64,000 bases of DNA, taken from NCBI GenBank assembly GCA_963744145.1, contig CAVUSO010000001.1, forward strand, positions 1,088,001-1,152,000. The letters run 5' to 3'. The stretch's first letter is position 1. The number at the start of each line of letters is the position of its first letter. Positions 41,601 to 51,925 of the stretch are shown here, piece after piece. A program made the position numbers and the translations under genes. The notes beneath the pieces are model-generated. The model did no database searches. It was not told the DNA's origin and saw only the letters and a program-made list of their open reading frames with translations. Origin of the DNA: an uncultured cyanobacterium. GTDB lineage: Bacteria; Cyanobacteriota; Cyanobacteriia; Cyanobacteriales; CAWUOF01.

Positions 41601-43366
41601 AGTTCAGTTTCATTCAGAATCGGAGTTGATAATTTTAGTAAATGTGCAGATTCTGGTTTAGCTTCGAGTAAGTTACCCCGTTTTCCCAATTGCATACTCA
41701 AAGACATTACCATTCCTTCTCTTAAAGGATCGATCGGGGGATTAGTAACTTGAGCAAAACGTTGTTTAAAATAATCATATAGCATATGGGGACGATTAGA
41801 AAGTACCGCTAATGGGATATCATCTCCCATACAGAAAGTCGGTTCTTTACCTGTTGCAGCCATTTCTTCGATTCCCATTTCTAAGTCTTCGAGGGAATAA
41901 CCAAATGCAGTTTCATATTTGAGTAAGAGATCTGGCTCAAATTGAGTTGTCTCTAACATTGCTTGGGGAGAAAGTTCTTGACGATTTTGTTTTAACCATT
42001 CCCCATAAGGTTGTTGGTTAGCAATACGTTGTTTGATTTCCCAGTTTTTAATAATTTCCCCGTTTTCTAGATCGATCGCGATCGCTTGACCTGGACCGAG
42101 ACGACCTTTTTCGATGATATCTGATTCTGCTAGTTCCACTACTCCAGCTTCGGAAGCGACTACAATTAAACCACTGCGAGTCAGACAATAACGAGCTGGT
42201 CGTAACCCATTGCGATCGAGCGCAGCACCAACTTTTAGTCCATCACTAAATACTAGTAGAGCTGGACCATCCCAAGGTTCTTGAATGCCGCTATAATATT
42301 CATAAAAATCAACTATTTCCGGATGATCAGCTAAATCTGGTTGATTTTGATATGCTTCTGGCACCATAATCATGAGTGCTTCTAGGGGACTATGTCCAGA
42401 ACGCACTAAGAGTTCCATCACGTTATCTAGATTAGCTGAGTCGCTATTATGGGAGTTAACGAATGGACGTAGTTCTTGAATTTGATCACCTAATGTCGGA
42501 TGGCTTAGATCAGGTTCACGAGCAACCATCCAGTTAATATTGCCTAAGAGTGTATTAATTTCACCATTATGACCTAACAAACGCATCGGTTGGGCTAAAG
42601 GCCATTTCGGCATGGTGTTGGTGCTAAAACGACGATGATAAATCGCGAAAGTGCTTTGGTAATCAGGGTTAGTTAAATCTAAGTAAAATTCTCCCAAAAT
42701 CGCGGAACGAACCATACCTTTATAAACTATAGTGCGGCTGGAGAATGAACAAATATAAAGGTCAGAGGTGCGGACTTTTTTTTCAATTTGACGACGAAGC
42801 GCAAATAAAGCCCGTTCTAGTTCCTCTCCTTGGACTAGGGCAGAGTAAACTAAAATTTGGCTGATCTGTGGTAGATTTTCTAAAGCTTGAGGACCGAGAA
42901 TTTGCGGTTCAATGGGTACTTTGCGCCAACCTAAAACCTTAAAATTGGCAGCGATCGCGATTTTTTCAATCTCTATTTTAGCTAATGCTGATATTCCTTC
43001 TTCTGGGGAAAGAAAAACCATCCCGACTCCACATTGGGATTTTGCAGGTAGAACAATCCCCGAATCATTAGCCCATGTCTCGAATAATTCCCAAGGAATT
43101 TGGGTCATTAATCCCGCTCCATCTCCGGAGTCTTGATCCGCACTACAAGCACCTCGATGCTCTAAACAAGTTAACGCGGATAAAGCATTAGTCACGATTT
43201 CATGATTTGCTTCTCTATGGATATTGGCAATAAATCCAACCCCACAAGCGTCCCGTTCTTCGACTAACCAGGGTTGTCCTGGATAATTGACATTTATTGG
43301 CGATTCTGTGTTTTGCTTAAGAAAATTATTCATTTTTCCGTTGGTGATAGGTTCGCTGTTATTCAT
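38654..43366 (-). CDS. glsF: Ferredoxin-dependent glutamate synthase
   Basis: [38 protein letters not shown], [3Fe-4S] [16 protein letters not shown]; no small subunit adjacent. Confidence 0.95.
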   Translation of the reverse strand: MNNSEPITNGKMNNFLKQNTESPINVNYPGQPWLVEERDACGVGFIANIHREANHEIVTNALSALTCLEHRGACSADQDSGDGAGLMTQIPWELFETWANDSGIVLPAKSQCGVGMVFLSPEEGISALAKIEIEKIAIAANFKVLGWRKVPIEPQILGPQALENLPQISQILVYSALVQGEELERALFALRRQIEKKVRTSDLYICSFSSRTIVYKGMVRSAILGEFYLDLTNPDYQSTFAIYHRRFSTNTMPKWPLAQPMRLLGHNGEINTLLGNINWMVAREPDLSHPTLGDQIQELRPFVNSHNSDSANLDNVMELLVRSGHSPLEALMIMVPEAYQNQPDLADHPEIVDFYEYYSGIQEPWDGPALLVFSDGLKVGAALDRNGLRPARYCLTRSGLIVVASEAGVVELAESDIIEKGRLGPGQAIAIDLENGEIIKNWEIKQRIANQQPYGEWLKQNRQELSPQAMLETTQFEPDLLLKYETAFGYSLEDLEMGIEEMAATGKEPTFCMGDDIPLAVLSNRPHMLYDYFKQRFAQVTNPPIDPLREGMVMSLSMQLGKRGNLLEAKPESAHLLKLSTPILNETELATITQSDHQNSATLSTLVAIGSGPDGLESAVIELCQAVDDAVKAGKTIIILSDRAEGKSIDSEYTYIPPLLAVGAVHHHLIREGLRMKASLVVDTAQCWNTHHFACLIGYGASAVCPYLAWEIVRHWWKNSKTQMNMQRGKIPTMTMTVVQAKYRKAIEDGLLKILSKMGISLLSSYQGAQIFEAIGIGADLLALGFYGTASRIGGITVHELAQEVMSFHSRAYPELTNKKLENFGFVQYRPGGEYHMNSPEMAKALHKAVAILKIESVKDNNGDEVGEGDEKNGFDYYHLYQKYLMERPVTALRDLLDFASDRTSIPISSVEPVAEIMKRFCTGGMSLGALSREAHENLAIAMNRIGGKSNSGEGGEDPIRYGVLDDVDESGNSPQFPHLKGLQNGDTASSVIKQVASGRFGVTPEYLINAGQVEIKMAQGAKPGEGGQLPGTKVSPYIAMLRRSKPGVTLISPPPHHDIYSIEDLAQLIFDLHQINPNAGVSVKLVAEVGIGTIAAGVAKANADIIQISGHDGGTGASPLSSIKHAGSPWELGLTEVHRVLMENNLRDRVLLRVDGGFKTGWDVVMGALMGGEEYGFGSIAMIAEGCIMARICHTNNCPVGVASQQEHLRKRFPGTPAHVVNFFYFVAEEIRSILAHLGYRSLSEIIGRADLLTVRNNVQLTKSQTLNLDAITKLPDTSVDRSWLQHESVHSNGPVLDDQLLQDPEITTAIHQQSTVTKSMTVINTDRTVGARLAGAIAKEYGNSGFTGQITLNFTGSAGQSFGAFNLPGMTLILVGEANDYVGKGMHGGEIIIKASGDATFDPARNVIVGNTCLYGATGGSLFVNGQAGERFAVRNSNSVAVIEGAGDHCCEYMTGGTIVVLGKVGRNVGAGMTGGLAYFLDEDGNFAAHVNQEIVKIQRVIAPVGQKQLQELISAHVERTGSQKAQTILANWSEYLPKFYQVVPPSEVDTPEVNPNVSIAEKIAVGA

Positions 43367-43603
43367 CTGATGCTCGCTGCTAGGTTGATTATTGGGTATA
43401 TTTTCGGGTAATCAACTATATCGCTTTTATGGCAAAAATTAAACCTGCAAGTTTAACTCTAAAATATAATAATAAGTCCTGTCCGATTATAGCAGGTTGG
43501 CTTGACGGCGATCGCCAAAATTTGGGATAGGGGTTTTCGGCAAGAAACATCGCCAAAATTTGTGTGGATCTAATTCAATGAGTATAAATACTTAAACAGA
43601 TCA

Positions 43604-45658
43604 ATGTCAAAAATCAAGACTTATAGGAAAATTGGATCTAAGATCGATATTAGCAAATTTTGGCAACAAATTTTTCTCGGATTGACAATTGGTCAAGTGA
43701 TGGGGGGACAAGCGATTGCCTTAGTAGGAGTAGCACTAATCCCACCGTTAATTTTGGCACAACCTCCACTTTTAAAACCACCTCAATCACTAGGTCAAGG
43801 TAGTGTAGTTATTGTCAATGGTAAGAGTTTTTCTGTGGCTTGGAGTCAGTGGAAAATCGATGATGTCGGGGGAATTCACACAGGTATTGCTGATGTTGGA
43901 TTATTAAAAATAATTGGGATCGATTTGTTAAGTAATGATGACATTTACCAACAACCAATTCAGTGGTTTTCTGGTGATGAATCGATGACTCTTTCCGCTT
44001 CGTTGGATGGACAATATCGTTATTTAGATATTACGGATTTAGCCAAAACCTCTGGTTGGGAGGTAGGAGTAGATGGGACAAGTCTTCGCATTAATTCTCC
44101 TGTTACCAATCTCCAGGATCTGCAATCGGTCAAAGAAGCTTGGGGACAGCGAATTATGGTGGATCTTGATCGACCTACACCTTGGCAAATTAATTTTTTA
44201 GGCTCATCAGTACCACCAAAATCTCCCCATCAACCTCAAGCTACTACCGCAACAAATCAAGCAAGAACTGTTGATGATGAGTCGAAACCAAATCAACAAC
44301 TCAATGAAGTAAAAAGTGATTTATGGGCGATCGCGATCGATGCTCAAATAAATCCTCCTCTATTAAAACGTTTCCCCCCAATCCCAACCGAAGAAAATCC
44401 TAGTAAAAAAATCAATCAAAATTATCTAGATTTAAGCCAAAATAATCCAGCAAAAATTCCCAATTTACCACTACTTAAACCGACAGAAATACCAGTCTTG
44501 CGATCGCTGTCTTTACAAAGTTCTCCTCATCAAACTACCATACGGATTGCCCTTCCCCCCGCATGGCATCCCCAGGTTCATACCTTAACTAATCCGAACC
44601 GTTTAGTCATTGATATTCGACCGGATGATCTGGTTGAGAAAAACATTTTTTGGGCACCAGGATTGCATTGGCGACAAAATTATCTTAGTCTAAATAATCA
44701 AGATCGATTTGCCGTAATCTGGCTAGAAATAGATCCTCATCAACCAGGAATTAGCTTAAAACCAATTTGGAGTAAACCGACCACCATGATCGGCACTTTA
44801 CCACTTATTCAAATCGCTCATCAGTGGCAAGCGATCGCAGCCATTAATGGTGGTTTCTTTAATCGCAATAGTCAACAACCATTAGGAGCACTCCGTCGCG
44901 ATCGGATTTGGTTATCAAGTCCAATTTTAAATCGAGGTGCGATCGCTTGGAATGATCAAGGTGAATTTACCATCGATCGTCTTACCCTCCAAGAAACTTT
45001 AATCAACTCATCGGGCACAAAAATTCCGGTAATATCTCTCAATAGTGCTTATGCTCAAAACGGAATCAGTCGTTACACCCCTGCTTGGGGTACAACCTAC
45101 ACACCAATTACCAATCATGAAACTATCCTATCCGTCGAAAATGATCGAGTAATCAGTGAGCAATTTGGTGGAGAGATGGATCAAAAATCTTTTCCCATTC
45201 CCCTGAATGGTTATTTATTAATATGGCGAGGGAAAGATAAAACTAATGGCTTGAGTATTGGTACTCGCTTGAATTTGACATCGATGTCCATTCCTGCCAA
45301 TTTTAGCCGTTATCCCCATATATTAGGAGCAGGACCTCTGTTGGTGAAAAATGGTAAAATTGTTTTAGACGCTAAAGCAGAAAATTTTAATGATGCTTAT
45401 GTACGTCAAACAGCAGTTCGGAGTGGAATTGGTAAAAAAGCAGATGGAACTATCCTAATTGTCGCAGCTCATAATCGTCCCAATGGAGCAGCTCCTACTT
45501 TTGCCGAAATGGCACAAATTATGCAAAATTTAGGAGCGGTTGAAGCTTTGAATCTGGATGGTGGTAGTTCAACTAGCTTAGATTTAGGCGGACAATTAAT
45601 CAATCGACCTAGTGCCGCACGGGTACATAATGGTATAGGAGTTTTTTTTCAGCCGTAA
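43604..45658 (+). CDS. Phosphodiester glycosidase (NAGPA-domain) protein
   Basis: AINGGFF, GAGPLL, ALNLDGGSST, VHNGIG. Confidence 0.88.
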   Translation: MSKIKTYRKIGSKIDISKFWQQIFLGLTIGQVMGGQAIALVGVALIPPLILAQPPLLKPPQSLGQGSVVIVNGKSFSVAWSQWKIDDVGGIHTGIADVGLLKIIGIDLLSNDDIYQQPIQWFSGDESMTLSASLDGQYRYLDITDLAKTSGWEVGVDGTSLRINSPVTNLQDLQSVKEAWGQRIMVDLDRPTPWQINFLGSSVPPKSPHQPQATTATNQARTVDDESKPNQQLNEVKSDLWAIAIDAQINPPLLKRFPPIPTEENPSKKINQNYLDLSQNNPAKIPNLPLLKPTEIPVLRSLSLQSSPHQTTIRIALPPAWHPQVHTLTNPNRLVIDIRPDDLVEKNIFWAPGLHWRQNYLSLNNQDRFAVIWLEIDPHQPGISLKPIWSKPTTMIGTLPLIQIAHQWQAIAAINGGFFNRNSQQPLGALRRDRIWLSSPILNRGAIAWNDQGEFTIDRLTLQETLINSSGTKIPVISLNSAYAQNGISRYTPAWGTTYTPITNHETILSVENDRVISEQFGGEMDQKSFPIPLNGYLLIWRGKDKTNGLSIGTRLNLTSMSIPANFSRYPHILGAGPLLVKNGKIVLDAKAENFNDAYVRQTAVRSGIGKKADGTILIVAAHNRPNGAAPTFAEMAQIMQNLGAVEALNLDGGSSTSLDLGGQLINRPSAARVHNGIGVFFQP

Positions 45659-45829
45659 AAATAGATTTCTCTTAAAATTAAAGCTTTCATAAAGCAGAAA
45701 TTAAGAAGATAAAAAATTAATGTAAATTATCTCAATTTCCTAATTTAGGGATGACGATTGCTGGGGTGGATTTGGTATGGTTAAGATTAGATGACAAAAA
45801 AATGTGTCTATTCTTAAAGAGATCCTATC

Positions 45830-46246
45830 ATGGCTAAAACTCAAGAAATTACTACCGTTCCCGGACTAGCTAATCCCGCGATCGCGACCAACTCAATTGC
45901 AGCAACAGAATTGCGTCCTTGGGGAGCTTTTACTGTTCTAGAAGAAGCACGGGGCTATAAAATTAAACGAATCGAGGTAAAACCGGGTCACAGACTGAGC
46001 TTACAAATGCACCATCATCGGAGTGAACATTGGGTGGTGGTATCAGGAACAGCTAAGGTTACTTGTGGTGAAAAAGAGTTAATTTTATTTAGCAATCAAT
46101 CTACTTATGTTCCTCAATGCACAACTCACCGTTTAGAAAATCCTGGTGTAATTCCTTTGATTTTGATTGAAGTTCAAAACGGAGAATATCTAGGTGAAGA
46201 TGATATAGTTCGTTTTCAAGATGACTACGCTCGCAACAAGTCCTAA
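45830..46246 (+). CDS. Mannose-6-phosphate isomerase type II cupin domain
   Basis: RPWG, LSLQMHHHRSEHW, HRLENPG, EVQNGEYLGEDDIVR. Confidence 0.92.
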   Translation: MAKTQEITTVPGLANPAIATNSIAATELRPWGAFTVLEEARGYKIKRIEVKPGHRLSLQMHHHRSEHWVVVSGTAKVTCGEKELILFSNQSTYVPQCTTHRLENPGVIPLILIEVQNGEYLGEDDIVRFQDDYARNKS

Positions 46247-46311
46247 TTTACCATTAACTCTCACGGTAAGCGGATCAAACAATATGGTTTAGTTAAGATA
46301 TTAGGGTCAGC

Positions 46312-46389
46312 GGACAGACCAGATGTCTGTCCCACAAGAGTCTTTTTTGGTTGTGGGACAGATGATTAACAAGTCCCAAACCTTTCTTC
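46312..46389 (+). repeat. 78-bp REP-containing direct repeat, left copy
   Basis: 73/78 identical to 47156-47233; core ggacag.c.agatg.ctgtcccac also at about 51890, 54419, 62944. Confidence 0.9.
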
Positions 46390-46469
46390 CCACTCCTTAA
46401 TCTTAACCAAATCTTAATTGACCTTCCTGATAGGTGATCCGATCGCTCCCTAGGAATCACGTCCCGATA

Positions 46470-46781
46470 TTATTCTTTTTCCAGATTTTGAAAGGTCGGA
46501 TCAACAGGTTGAAGATATCTTGCAATTTCTTCATTCGTAGCACTCACTCCATTTTGCCAAAGTTCATATTCACTAATATCAACATCATCATTCCAGACTA
46601 GAGCATAGCCATGAGGTTCAATGCTGAAATTTCTAAAGAAAACAGGATTGTGTAATATTGAAAACGTTGGATTATTTAACAATCTAGAAGCGTCATATTT
46701 CTTAACTTCATGATTGGTAAATTTAACTATTAGGGTTTTATTGTCAATAGCTTTAGCAAAAATAATTCGCTCAGGTTTCAT
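46470..46781 (-). CDS. DUF2442 family protein (putative antitoxin)
   Basis: L.VKF.N...K.YD, L....FF, LVWNDDVDI...EL; downstream of DUF4160. Confidence 0.85.
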   Translation of the reverse strand: MKPERIIFAKAIDNKTLIVKFTNHEVKKYDASRLLNNPTFSILHNPVFFRNFSIEPHGYALVWNDDVDISEYELWQNGVSATNEEIARYLQPVDPTFQNLEKE

Positions 46782-46796
46782 AAAGAAAAATCCCAG

Positions 46797-47045
46797 TTAT
46801 TTCAATGGTGGAAGTTTACTGAATTCTTGAGTATTCCACATATTTAAAAGTTCTTTTTGGTACAACGTAGCCCATTCAATTACTAGTTTCTCAGCTCGAT
46901 TTGGTAAATCTCCTTCGATAATTTCTAACAACTCGATACCTATTAAAGCATTATATTCCCCATAAATTGCATGAATATGAGGGGGTGAATGATCTCCAAA
47001 GAAAATTTTGATGGTTATACCGTAAAATCTGGTAATTTCTGGCAT
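46797..47045 (-). CDS. DUF4160 family protein (putative toxin)
   Basis: MPEITRFYGI.I, DH.PPH.HA.YGE, G.LP.RA..LV.EW, L..MW, PL. Confidence 0.92.
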   Translation of the reverse strand: MPEITRFYGITIKIFFGDHSPPHIHAIYGEYNALIGIELLEIIEGDLPNRAEKLVIEWATLYQKELLNMWNTQEFSKLPPLK

Positions 47046-47155
47046 AATACTTTCAAAAGTTGTAACATTAAAATATTATATCTTATTTTACAATACTTCG
47101 GACACTTTTACCGCCGAGAAAAGGCAAGTAAAACTGAGCCAGGTAAAAATAACTA

Positions 47156-47233
47156 GGACAGACAAGATGTCTGTCCCACCAGAGTCTTTTTTGGTTGTGG
47201 GACAGGCTATTAACAAGTCCCAAACCTTTCTTC
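47156..47233 (+). repeat. 78-bp REP-containing direct repeat, right copy
   Basis: See 46312-46389. Confidence 0.9.
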
Positions 47234-47237
47234 TCAC

Positions 47238-48890
47238 CTAATTTTCTCTCAAAAAACAGTGATATAGCTGATAAGAAATGCCCACATTATGATATTCTGA
47301 ATCATCTCTGTGGCAAGACATTAGCTCAGAAAACCACAATTGAGAGGGATATTCAGATTTGGGCAAACTAGGAGCAACAATCCAGAGATTAAGAGCAGGT
47401 GCAGCAATAGGGGGCATTTGCTCTAATTTTTCCCAAACAGATTGATAACCTTTAGTCCGGTATAAAAAACTAAAAGAAACTGTCGGATTATCTTTATACA
47501 CCTCTAGCGCAAAACTTATTCCTAATGCTACACCCTGTAAATTATTATATCCTACTACCGTCACCACTGGTAGCGATCGCTCGCGGTTAATATCTGTAGC
47601 TACTTCTTGGGGATGAAAAGGTTTTTTAAATACTAAATCTGTCCCGACAAATATACAGCTAATTATCCCAACTAAGATAATTATCAATAGTTTCTGGAGG
47701 TTTTTATGAGCCAGACTTGCTCCAATTAGACTGCACATTCCTGGATAATAAACAAAATTATAGCGGGGAGCAAGGGTAAGATCTTGACCGAATAAATAGA
47801 TAATTCCTCCAAATTCTAACCAAATAAATAAAATAAAATTATGCAGGGTTTTAACAGCTAAATTATCAGCAGAATTGCGCCAAATTTTTTGCAGACCTTG
47901 ATAGACTTGCCGTCCGAACCAAATCGCAAATATAATCATTAATAAACCAGCAGGAACTTTAATCCAAATCGGTTGTTTTTCTACTGGTAAAGTAACTACC
48001 ATAATGACCCAACTTGCTAGAGTTTGGTAGAGTGGTGCGATCGGATTAACCAGTTTTAGCCAATCATTAACTGAGCGACTAGAAGTATTTTGGAATTGAG
48101 CTAACCAGGGTATAAAAATCGCGATCGGTAACAATAAAAGATATCCTAATTTGAGATTTAAAGGAGAAAACCATAATTTTAATTGTCCTGGAAAATTCGG
48201 AGATTTTATTGTCCCAATCATCGTACTAATTTGGGCGATTAAGGCAATAATAAAAAAGTAATGTATATAGAGACCAAAACTATTAATCGCGATCCAAGTA
48301 ACCCAAATAAAAGGGCGTAATTGTTGGCGATCGCGAAGGTCTTGTTGCATTTGGATGAGTAATAGTAAGGCTAAAGTAATCAGAAAAATTGGTAAAGTAT
48401 AATGACGAGCTTCCTGGGAAAGATATACAGCAAAAGGAGAAACAGCCATTAGTGCAGCAGCAATTAACCCCGCATTGACAGAAAAAGTCAGTCGATTTAA
48501 GTAATAAACAGCCAGAATTGCAGCTACTCCAAATAAAGCAGATAGCGATCGCAATTTCCAAGCTAAGGATAACTGGAACTGATTGAGCCAAACTAACCAT
48601 CCATGTAATAAACAGAAAAATAGAGGAGGATGGGTAGATTGAGTAGCGACTATATGAGCAATTTGGGGACAACTTATTTGGGGATTTAGGGTAAAAATTT
48701 GTGCTAATTTAGATAAGGGAAAAATGACTTCTAATGGGATATCATCATAACTACGTCCTAAGCTAAATAGAGCTGTAATCACTTCATCTTGCCAAAGAGG
48801 TTTAATATCTAAATTCCAGAACCGCAGCAAAACCCCAAGGGCGATCGTGATAGTTAATACTAGATAATGTAACCAAATCTTTCGTTGCAA
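47238..48890 (-). CDS. GT-C / family 39 (PMT-like) membrane glycosyltransferase
   Basis: LRF.NL..K.LW.DE, HPPLFF, SPF.VYLSQEARHY, many TM helices. Confidence 0.88.
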   Translation of the reverse strand: MQRKIWLHYLVLTITIALGVLLRFWNLDIKPLWQDEVITALFSLGRSYDDIPLEVIFPLSKLAQIFTLNPQISCPQIAHIVATQSTHPPLFFCLLHGWLVWLNQFQLSLAWKLRSLSALFGVAAILAVYYLNRLTFSVNAGLIAAALMAVSPFAVYLSQEARHYTLPIFLITLALLLLIQMQQDLRDRQQLRPFIWVTWIAINSFGLYIHYFFIIALIAQISTMIGTIKSPNFPGQLKLWFSPLNLKLGYLLLLPIAIFIPWLAQFQNTSSRSVNDWLKLVNPIAPLYQTLASWVIMVVTLPVEKQPIWIKVPAGLLMIIFAIWFGRQVYQGLQKIWRNSADNLAVKTLHNFILFIWLEFGGIIYLFGQDLTLAPRYNFVYYPGMCSLIGASLAHKNLQKLLIIILVGIISCIFVGTDLVFKKPFHPQEVATDINRERSLPVVTVVGYNNLQGVALGISFALEVYKDNPTVSFSFLYRTKGYQSVWEKLEQMPPIAAPALNLWIVAPSLPKSEYPSQLWFSELMSCHRDDSEYHNVGISYQLYHCFLREN

Positions 48891-49005
48891 TGAAAATACC
48901 TTTTGCTCATCAATTTACCAAGAGATCGATATTTAATTGAATCTCTAGTCAATTATGCCATGCTATAGGTAAAATTCACCATGCAATCAGAATTAGTATA
49001 ATTGA

Positions 49006-50356
49006 TTAAGAAATTGATTTACCCAAAAAGCTATTCAATTTTTCCACTAACCATTCTTTTTCTAGTTCTGTCAGCATATAGCCAAATCGATGTGATCGCA
49101 CTCCTTCCACCAGAGTACAAATCATCACTGGATGTTTATTCAGATTATAATCCTCATTAAGTTCAATCCGCTCAATATTTTGGGTTTCTCCCTTGACACT
49201 CCATGATAAACCAAATAATCGCCATTGTAACCGAAAGGAAACTGGACCAATTTCCAAATAATTACTACTAGCTATCCTCAAACAAGTCCCTACTAATATA
49301 TTGATTCCAGCTAACCCAAAAGGAATTGAAAAAACTGGAAAAATCCAGGGAGCCCCAGACGTGATCGCCAAATAAGTCCAAAACAAAACGAACAGATTCC
49401 AAAAAATCGTAACACATGCCAAAGATAAATTATCTGCTCGTAATCCTCCTGGGGGAATAGTAACTGCTAAACGATTTCTTGCTTGAGTAATAACAATACG
49501 ACTACCTGATGGTTTTTTCCGTTTGGTGAGCGGATAAATTTGGACGCGATCGCCCCGCAAAAACGCTAAAGCTTCTGCTGCTGAAGCAAATCGATCCTCA
49601 ATCATCGGTTCAATAATCTTTTCTAACCATTCGGCAAAATCCTTGGAAATATGCACTTGAGAACGAAAATTTACCTTTAAACGTTGTTGAGGTAAATCTG
49701 TCAGCGATCGATGGGTGAGCAAAAATATTAAAGTTGCACCTAAACCATATAAATCTGTACCGGGAAATGCTTGACCACGAAATTGTTCTGGTGCCATATA
49801 ACCATAAGTTCCGACTACCGTACTACCACCCATAATCGTCTGACGATAAGTATCTGTAACTGCACCAAAATCAACTAAAAATATTTGTCCATCGTCACAA
49901 CGGATGATATTTTGCGGTTTAATATCGCGATGAATTACAGGTGGGATGAGCTGATGTAAATAATTAAGCACCTCTAAAATTTGAGTAGCTATTTGTTTTA
50001 TTTCTACTTCTGTTGGGTGCCAATTTTTCTCTACTAAAGTTGCTAAAGATTTACCTGGTGCTAATTCTTGAGCTAAATAAAAGTAACGATCAGTGGGTGT
50101 GTCTATTTGCACATAATCCAAATATTTAGGAATAGCTGGATGATTTAACTGAGACAGAATTTGTGCTTCTCGTTCAAATAATTCAAGTGCTTTCCAGTTA
50201 GTTATTCGTCGGAGAGATAATTCTTTGAGAGCTAAATTAGCATGAGTTTGGAGAATCTTCAACTTGATAAGTAATCCCAATACCTCCCTGTCCCAAAGGT
50301 TGAATAATCCGATAGCGATCGGCAATTATTTCTCCTGATTGACGTGATGTTTCCAT
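49006..50356 (-). CDS. Hanks-type Ser/Thr kinase with C-terminal TM/bPH-like region; one extra base at about 50255
   Basis: Real start METSRQSGEIIADRYRIIQPLGQGGIGITY is in a different frame from ALKEL, HRDIKPQN, DFG, YMAPE. Confidence 0.88.
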
Positions 50357-50409
50357 ATTGTTGTTTTTGCCAAAATCAAAAAAAAGGAAATGGGAGAATA
50401 TGGAGTTGA

Positions 50410-51459
50410 TTATTGAGGATGGTTTTCATCACTAGAGGATGAAATCAACTCTTTCCGACCCGGAAGAGATAGTTGGATTTTGTTTCTTTTATAAAGAAAA
50501 AATATTCCCCATCCTAGTAATAAAAATGGACTAAAAGCAAATAACCAAATACTTAACTCTACCAGACTATAGCTAATTTCAGTTATAGTTTTAGATGCTT
50601 TACCCCAGGTTTCTTGTATTCGTAAACCTAACGATGGACTAGATGGATTAGGAGGAGGTGAAGCAGGTATGGGTGATGAGAGAGTTAAATTAATGATCGA
50701 ATAAGCGACTTGAGTTTTCAAGCTTTTTTGTTGAGCATCAATACGTTCGATCGACTCGCGAATATTAGTTAATTCCTGAGATACTCGGAGAACCTCACTA
50801 ATAGAACCGGAACGCTCCATAATTTTTAAAGTCATTTCTTCTGCTTTGTGCAGATTTCGCAACCGAGCTTCATTATCAACTAACTGAGTAGAAACATCTT
50901 CAGCGGTGAGAGAACGATTTTCGATTGTACCTAATTGAATTAAGCTATTTAAAGTTGTGTCTAATCTTTCTTGAGGAACCTGAATTTTCATTGAGGTTCG
51001 ATGACGAACTGTTGGATCTAAAGGGTTACTATCTTGGAATCCTAAAATATCTCCTTGTTCTTGTCGAACAATAACCGAAATTGCCTTCATGCTATCATCA
51101 ATTGAAGTTACAATCAATGATAAATCTGCTATTTTAATTAATTGGGGGAGCGATGGTTTACCCTGAGCCTTGCCCTGAGCGAAGTCGAAGGGGGAGTCGA
51201 AGGGCTGTTCTTGGGCTGGTGCTGGGGCTGATTCCGGTAAATTAGCCGATTTGGCTGGTTTACCCATTGCGTCAGCAGATTTAGCCGCTGATTTAGCCAT
51301 TATGTCAGGTTTAGCGGCACTTGGAGCCATCATTTCTGAGCGATTAGCAGCACTACAACTTGACAAAGCGATCGCTGGTAAAATTCCCATCAGCAATACC
51401 AGGTGAAAACCTCTCGTCTGAGTTGGTTTGAGGAATTTAGTTTGATTTAATATTTTCAT
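50410..51459 (-). CDS. DUF4349 family lipoprotein
   Basis: Lipobox-like LSSC; QLIK.A.L, EDVS.Q.VD.EARL.NL, QVAYS.I.L, C-terminal TM. Confidence 0.88.
   Translation of the reverse strand: MKILNQTKFLKPTQTRGFHLVLLMGILPAIALSSCSAANRSEMMAPSAAKPDIMAKSAAKSADAMGKPAKSANLPESAPAPAQEQPFDSPFDFAQGKAQGKPSLPQLIKIADLSLIVTSIDDSMKAISVIVRQEQGDILGFQDSNPLDPTVRHRTSMKIQVPQERLDTTLNSLIQLGTIENRSLTAEDVSTQLVDNEARLRNLHKAEEMTLKIMERSGSISEVLRVSQELTNIRESIERIDAQQKSLKTQVAYSIINLTLSSPIPASPPPNPSSPSLGLRIQETWGKASKTITEISYSLVELSIWLFAFSPFLLLGWGIFFLYKRNKIQLSLPGRKELISSSSDENHPQ
51157..51204 (-). mobile_element. Two nested 24-nt small dispersed repeats, in frame within the DUF4349 gene
   Basis: cccttcgactcc[cccttcgacttcgctcagggcaag]gctcagggtaaa encodes PFDS-PFDFAQGK-AQGK. 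Confidence 0.85.
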
Positions 51460-51533
51460 AATTTTTGGTAAAAATAAAAGAAGTGAAAATTATCTATATA
51501 GCGTATGACTGTTTTATAAAGTATAGCAGTGTT

Positions 51534-51915
51534 GTCTGTGAGATCAGATGGGGTCGTTCATCAAGGTGATCTGTGAGCAGGGCGGGTTCATCAATACCTC
51601 GACTGCGCTCGGCACAAGGGTTATTTGTGTGTAACAAATTAATCGGTGAACCCGCCCCTACAGGTGATCAAAATGTTCGGATCTTGTATGATTTACCAAA
51701 AAAATCTGAAATTCAAGATTAAACTAGATCATAAAAATATATTGTCAATGAATTTATGATCACAATTAACCAGGATTTGTAGGGGCGGGTTCACCAATTA
51801 ATTCTGACACAAATAGATCAACATGATAAACCCGCCCAACCAACACAGATCAATCACAATTGACTTTAACTTTAACTGACCAATTTATCGGACAGGCAAG
51901 ATGCCTGTCCCACAA
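51534..51915 (+). repeat. Composite REP-doublet element, copy 1
   Basis: gggcgggttca...tgaacccgcccctac and gtaggggcgggttca...aaacccgcccaac; colinear with 62566-62969. Confidence 0.9.
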
Positions 51916-51925
51916 ATCCGCTATA

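Noticed and set aside
51860..51925. N-terminal extension of the helicase in the ORF track
   Set aside because: Reads through the REP element; ATG 51926 is more plausible.
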